A program made the position numbers and the translations under genes. Positions 43,401-49,400 of a stretch of DNA of 64,000 nucleotides are shown one piece after another (position 1 is the stretch's first letter; each line of letters starts with the position of its first letter). Below the pieces are notes generated by a model that did not search any database, had not been told where the DNA came from, and worked only from the letters and a program-made list of their open reading frames with translations. Origin of the DNA: Desulfobacterales bacterium (GTDB taxonomy: Bacteria > Desulfobacterota > Desulfobacteria > Desulfobacterales > UBA2245); contig JAXGZF010000008.1 of NCBI GenBank assembly GCA_040771865.1, forward strand, positions 20,722 to 84,721, given 5' to 3'.

Positions 43401-46400
43401 GGTAACCACAAAGTCTCCCGTGATCCCTGTGATGGCAACCCCATTAGAATCACTCTCGAACAGCACGATGTGATGATCCTCGAGATCGATTCCCAGACCT
43501 ATCCGGGCATCCAGATAAGCCCTTGCGCCGAGCCCCGTATCGCCCTGGAGGAAGAGGTTCTCTCCGCCGACCTCGAATACGCCCAGGTCCAGGTTGACCG
43601 GCAGGTTGTCGTCAACATACCCCACTGGCAGCCGCAGGGCGACCTGCAGGAATTTATGCCCGTCGACGTTGACTATCTGGAGTCCAACCGGCGTCGTCGT
43701 TGTATCTGCCAAACCCAGCTTCTGGTAGAATTGTATTACCTCATTGACGACAGTGGCTGGATCGTCAATGGGCAACCCGAAGGCCTGCCGGATTGCCTGA
43801 TCCAGGTCCTGAATGCTCGCCGAGGGATTCTGTTCGATCGCCGTCAGGGCCTGGCGGAAACGGCCCGCGAGATCGAGGTAGCTGTTGATGCTTTCTCCGA
43901 GGAAGGGCAGTTCATCGTCGAGGAAAGGAAGGTCGCCGAACTGTTCAAGGAACTCGGCCCCCTTGCGCAGGGCAGCCAGGACGAGCGAGAAATCCACATC
44001 GCCGAGGAATCCCAGGTCTCCCAATTCGGTCAGATCGGTCAGGTTGGAGCTCGTTACCGTCGCGGTGGGCGCGCCGGGGTCGAAGGATTCCTGGACCGCG
44101 TCGAGCCCGAGTTCGTTTCCTGCCGGTGTTGTAATCGTGAAAGTATCCACCGAGGCGTTGGCCGCTTCGAACCGGATATAGTTGCCGTCTGCAACGGCGA
44201 TAATCCGGCCGGCAAGATTGGAGTAACGGCCGAGAGCAGTGTTGATGTCCGCGATAAGGCCGTCAAGATCGGTATTATCGACCGTATCGGCCGCCCTGAC
44301 CCTCACCGTGACCGGTGTGTCGCTGTTGACGCTGACCTTGAAGGTGGCGTCGCTCGTAAGGATAAAGCCATCAGGTGTATGGTCGGCAACAAGGTAAGGC
44401 GGATCGGCAAACGGATTGCCCAGATCATTCATGATGATCGCAAGCTTTCCATCTCCCGCATCGAGGGGCGAGCTGTCGGCCCATTCGAAAGCAGGCAGGA
44501 CGGCTATGTCGAGGATGAAGTTGCTGTCTGTAGAATAGCTCCACGTTCCGAGGCTGGTTTCCGATGCGGATGCGTCTATCGAAAAACTTGTCAGGTTTTC
44601 GCCACTACCGATAAGACGAAGGTGGCCATGGTAATCCGAGGCCTCGATTTTGATCCCTCCAACTAGACCGGCGGTTTCCAGTGCATCATTTATGTCATCA
44701 ACATAATCTGCCATGGTGGTGTTATCGGCAGTCACGCCAAGGCTATTAATTGTCAGGGTTAAGTGCTCATCTTCATCAACTATCGCTTTAAGCTGAAGCT
44801 TCGTTTCGGATGCATCCTTTTCCGCATAGACCAGAGTGGTCAGATTGACAGTACTTCCGTCAGCGGCTACAGCGCTTGCCAGAGCAGAATTCAAATCTGT
44901 TACGAGGTCATTAATCGGTATGGGTTCTCCAATTAAATCCAAATTGTGTATCCTGATTGTGTACGAGTCAGTGCCAGCAATAGTCAATAGGAAGGAAATC
45001 GTGGAACCGGTTTGCAGTGTAGGTGTTTCCGATGCAGTGAGAGTATCGGTAGCCGATGCCCCATCTTCAAACCCTATGACCGATGGCTCTCCATAGAGAG
45101 GCACGGTGTATCTCCATGTACCGCGATATATGCCCAATGAGGTAGACTCATCTGTCGCCGTGATTTTCAGCTTTGTACCGAAAATTGTAAGCACCTTCTC
45201 AGCTGTCACTGTACTGGTCAGGTCAACGGTCGCCCATGTATCGTCCTTCGCATTCTTTAGGGCGGTATTCAGGTCAGCAACAAGGCCATCAATTGAGGCA
45301 TTCCCGTCTGTAGCTGACTTGGGTACGTTGATCACATAATTCACACCATTGAGCGTAAGAAGCAGTGTAACATCCGTACCTGGTGAAAAATCCGGAGGCG
45401 ATGCAGCAGCAGTGATTGCTCCGGTTCCCTCCTGACCATCTGTAAAGCCTAAGAGAGGGATATCGGAATAAGCATAGACAAAGAAACTTTCATCAGTTGT
45501 CAGATTGAAGCTCTCAACCTTTTCTTCCGTGATATTTATCGGCGCCAGCTCGAATGTGGGCAGATCTACCGCCGTTAGGAGATCGGAAAGCTGTCCCGGA
45601 ACATCATCTCCGTCAGCATCGCCGAGGGCCAGGAACATATCCCGCAGGAAGACACCTTCATTGTCGGCAAGCTTTATGTCAAAGTCAGCGCTATACAAAG
45701 CTTCGTTGCCTGATTGGGTAAGCATCACCTCAACAAAACCAAAGTTGCCCGTAACGGCAATATCATTGGACACAGGGGTATCCAAAGGATTTCCCACCCA
45801 AACGGATGCCGAAAGGAACGGGCGGTCTGCCTCAAGCGGTGCGAGGAAGAAGCGGTCACCCAGCTTCTCCGGGCTGAGACGGCTGCCCTCAATGAGGCCG
45901 TCGGCGGTCTTCCCTTCGGAGAGGTCGACCGTCGTCATGTCGGAACCGAAAATGCCCAGCGCCAGGGCGGCCGAAGACCGGTTTACCGTGGCTACGTTGA
46001 ACATCTCGGTGTTGGATGGATCAAACCCGTTGTCGACCAGATTGATGCCGATTTTCTTGTAGTTAAGATCGGCGAAAACAGGGTCACCACCCAAACCATT
46101 GATGGCGTCGAGAACACCCTGAATGTCGGTTGCTCCGTCGAGCGTAACGGCATGGTACTTGCCATCCGAGGTGCGGATAAGCAGGTCGGCCATGTTGGCA
46201 TTAAAGGTTGACGTTTCTAGACCGGTGAGGTCTGTGGTCACATCCCATAGCTTGAGGTCCGTCACCGACGGGTCGTTCACATCGGCAATGACGCTGAAGG
46301 CAACCAGGGTCGTATCGATCTGGTCGAGTACAAGGCGGGCACCGTCCTTATCGAATTTCACCATTCCTGTTAGATCAGCAGTAACCGCAGTCGGGTTACC

Positions 46401-49400
46401 ACCACTGTCCAGAACCACCGCAGTCTTGAGCGCGGCGTTGAGGTCTTGGACCAGACTGTACATGGTCCGGTTGTCCAGGGCGCCCGCCATGCTGAGGGAT
46501 ACCTGATAGGTCGTTTCCGATGAGCCGTCATTGATCGATACTTTGAAGGTCGCGTCAGCGGCAGGACCGTAGTAGAAGGGAACGTTTGTGCTTGAGGTCA
46601 CTGCCAGGACCGCTTCGGCAGTTGTCCCATCGACCAGCCCGAGGTCTGTCTCGGCCGGGTCGTCGTCCGGGACGTCAATGGTGAATGTTTTCACCGAATC
46701 ATCGATCGCCCGGAACTGGAGTTTGCTTCCATTGAGCTCGGCAAGGATTTTGTCGTTTATTCCGGCTGTTGTCAACGCGGCATTGATCACATCGACCAGG
46801 TCGCTCAGCGACTGGTTGTCCACCGTGTCAGCTTCCGTTACGGTAACGAGTGTGCCCGTGTCATCGTCATTGAAAGTGATCGTGAAGTGCGCGTCACCAG
46901 TTAGCTGTCCATAGATAGCTGTGGCGCTGATCTCGCCGTCGGGAGAGTGTCCGATGTTCTGCGCACCCAAAAGCCACACGCCTGCTACCTGCCCGTTGGT
47001 GAAGCCGAGGTCGCTCGCGTCAGTAACTTTGAATACCTCTACGGAGGCATCAATCGCCGCCAGAATGATCTGCTGGCCATACCGTCCGGCAACGATCTTG
47101 CCATATAGGTCGGTCAGAGCAATAGCCTGGTTAATATCCAGTACCAGGTCGGTAAGGGTCGCGTTGCCTGCGGTGTTCCTTACCTCTACTAAGGTTTCGG
47201 TTGCGCTCCCGTTCACGTAAATCTTGAAATCCAAGTCCCCGGGGGTGACATCGCTGACCGCTGTCCCGGTCATCTCAACCGTGTAGGCGGTGTTTGGCCG
47301 GATCCCGAGCTCCGTAAATGCCGTATTGTTCGTGGCGGACGAAACCGAGAACCCATCGACACCGTCGGCTGCATTAAGCTGGATGCGGCCGTTGACGAGG
47401 GTGGCCGTCAAGTATTGAGACAGGTCGATTGTCCTGTCATTGGAATCAGTTGTACCTTCCGCAAAGCCGAAGGGATTATCAGCTGCCGCGGTGATCGAGA
47501 ATTTCAGGACGGAATTGTCGGCCGCCATCAACCTGATGACGTCCATTTCACTCACCGTGATCGCCTCGGCAATGATGTTCACTCCCGATGCTGAGAGGGC
47601 GGCATTGATATCAGCGACAAAATCGGCCAGAGTCTCGTTCCCTGCTGTGGCTCCGACCGTGACCGTCACCGTTACCGGGATCGCACTGCCGTTAATCGCA
47701 ACATCGAACGAGGCACCTGTCGATAATTCAAATGAGCTGATCTCGCTCCCAACAACAGAAGGAGCCGATGCCGTGGCATTCAGTGCATGTGCCAGGGCGT
47801 TGTTCAGGTCGAGGATAAGGTCGTCAGCATCAAGGTTGTCGTCCGTCCCCGTAAGATCTCCGGTATCATCAGGATCGGATTTGTAAACGGTCACAGTTGC
47901 CTGAACGGGGCTTCCACTCTCCGGGATAATAACCACGTCGAAGATCGCGTCCGCCGTCAATCGACCGTACACTTTGAGGACATCCTCCGCGCCGGTAAGG
48001 GCCAGGGTGTCTTTTATGGTGATGTCGAGGTAATCGAGAGTCGTATCGTAATCGATATTCCCCACATTCGCGCCCATGACAAAACCCATCGTGGCATCGA
48101 AATAGCCGGTGGCGTAAAGTGCAACCTGGGATTCGCTGTAAAGGCTGGAGAGCGGGTCGAGATCGATCCCCAGGTCGATCGGAGCAATAACCGTAGTAAA
48201 GGTGTGCTCGAGACTGAGGTCGTAAGTCAGGTGCTTTGTGGCTGGATCATACCGGACCGGCTTGGTTCCGGTGAGGAGGTTGAGTTCGGCCATCAGGTAA
48301 GCAAGGTCCTGGGCGGTGATGTACCGGACCGTCAGGTTCTCCTCCGAATCGTAGCCAAGGATTTTCGCGATGTCATCTATATGGGGCGTTTCCGTTGTTT
48401 CCGATGGTTTCTGCAGCCCGTCATCTCCGTCGTTGATCAGCAGTTCGTCGTCGATGATGTCCCCAAAATCGAGGAGGTCGCCCAAGACCGCCCGGGCGAA
48501 GGGGATGTCGGTGTTGTTCAGGAGCGCCGTTTCGGGAAGCCGGTCAAGCCAGGCCCGGAGCTGGATGATAAGGGACGCCACATCCTGCGCGGTGATCACG
48601 TTGAAGTCCAGGAGATCGTCGAAAGCCACGTCTGATGACTGGTCTTCAACAAAGCCGATTTCCTCGGCCCCTGCAGATATCTCGATTTTTTTCTCTGTTG
48701 CGTCGCCCAAGGTCTTCAGCATGATGAATTGCGCACCGCCGACTGGAGAATATACGAAGGCCTGAATAAGGCCATCAAGGTCTGTGCCGGCTATGGCATC
48801 GTTAATGTCGTCCGCCAGGTCCTCAGGGAGCGCGTTGTCAGTGGTATCTGCCGCAAGAACGGTAACCGCGGTACCATCATCAATGCTGATATCGAAGGTC
48901 GCATCAGCAGTCAGCTGCCCGTCGCCCGGAGCAGCGTCTCCGGCAATAATGAAGGTCGCCGTTTCACGAAGGCTCTCGACAAGAGGCGTGTTGAATTCGT
49001 CGGTGATGAGGAATGACAGCTTGTCATAGCCTTCCACATTGACCAGGGTCGTTGCCCCTTCCACAAAGGGATTGAAGTCCGCCTTCAGGACGGCCGAAGG
49101 CTCGTAATAGACCCAGTTGTCGGGGTCTGAATCCGAAGACACATCCCAGATCTCTCCTTCACCCGCATCCGCTCCGGTCTTTGCCTTGACGCCAAGGTTC
49201 ATGTAGAACCGGGAGTCGGGATCGGCCGCCGGATCGGGGAACAGGTCTTCGCTGTCGACCGCTTCGAGCTCGGCACCGGTGATCCGGTTGTCCGCGTCGA
49301 GGGTCAGCTTGCGTGTCACCTCCAATGTCTCCGGAGGATCTCCGGCGGTCCCGAAATGGGTCAGCGTTAACCTGCCGCCCACAACAGTGCCGGCTGCCAC

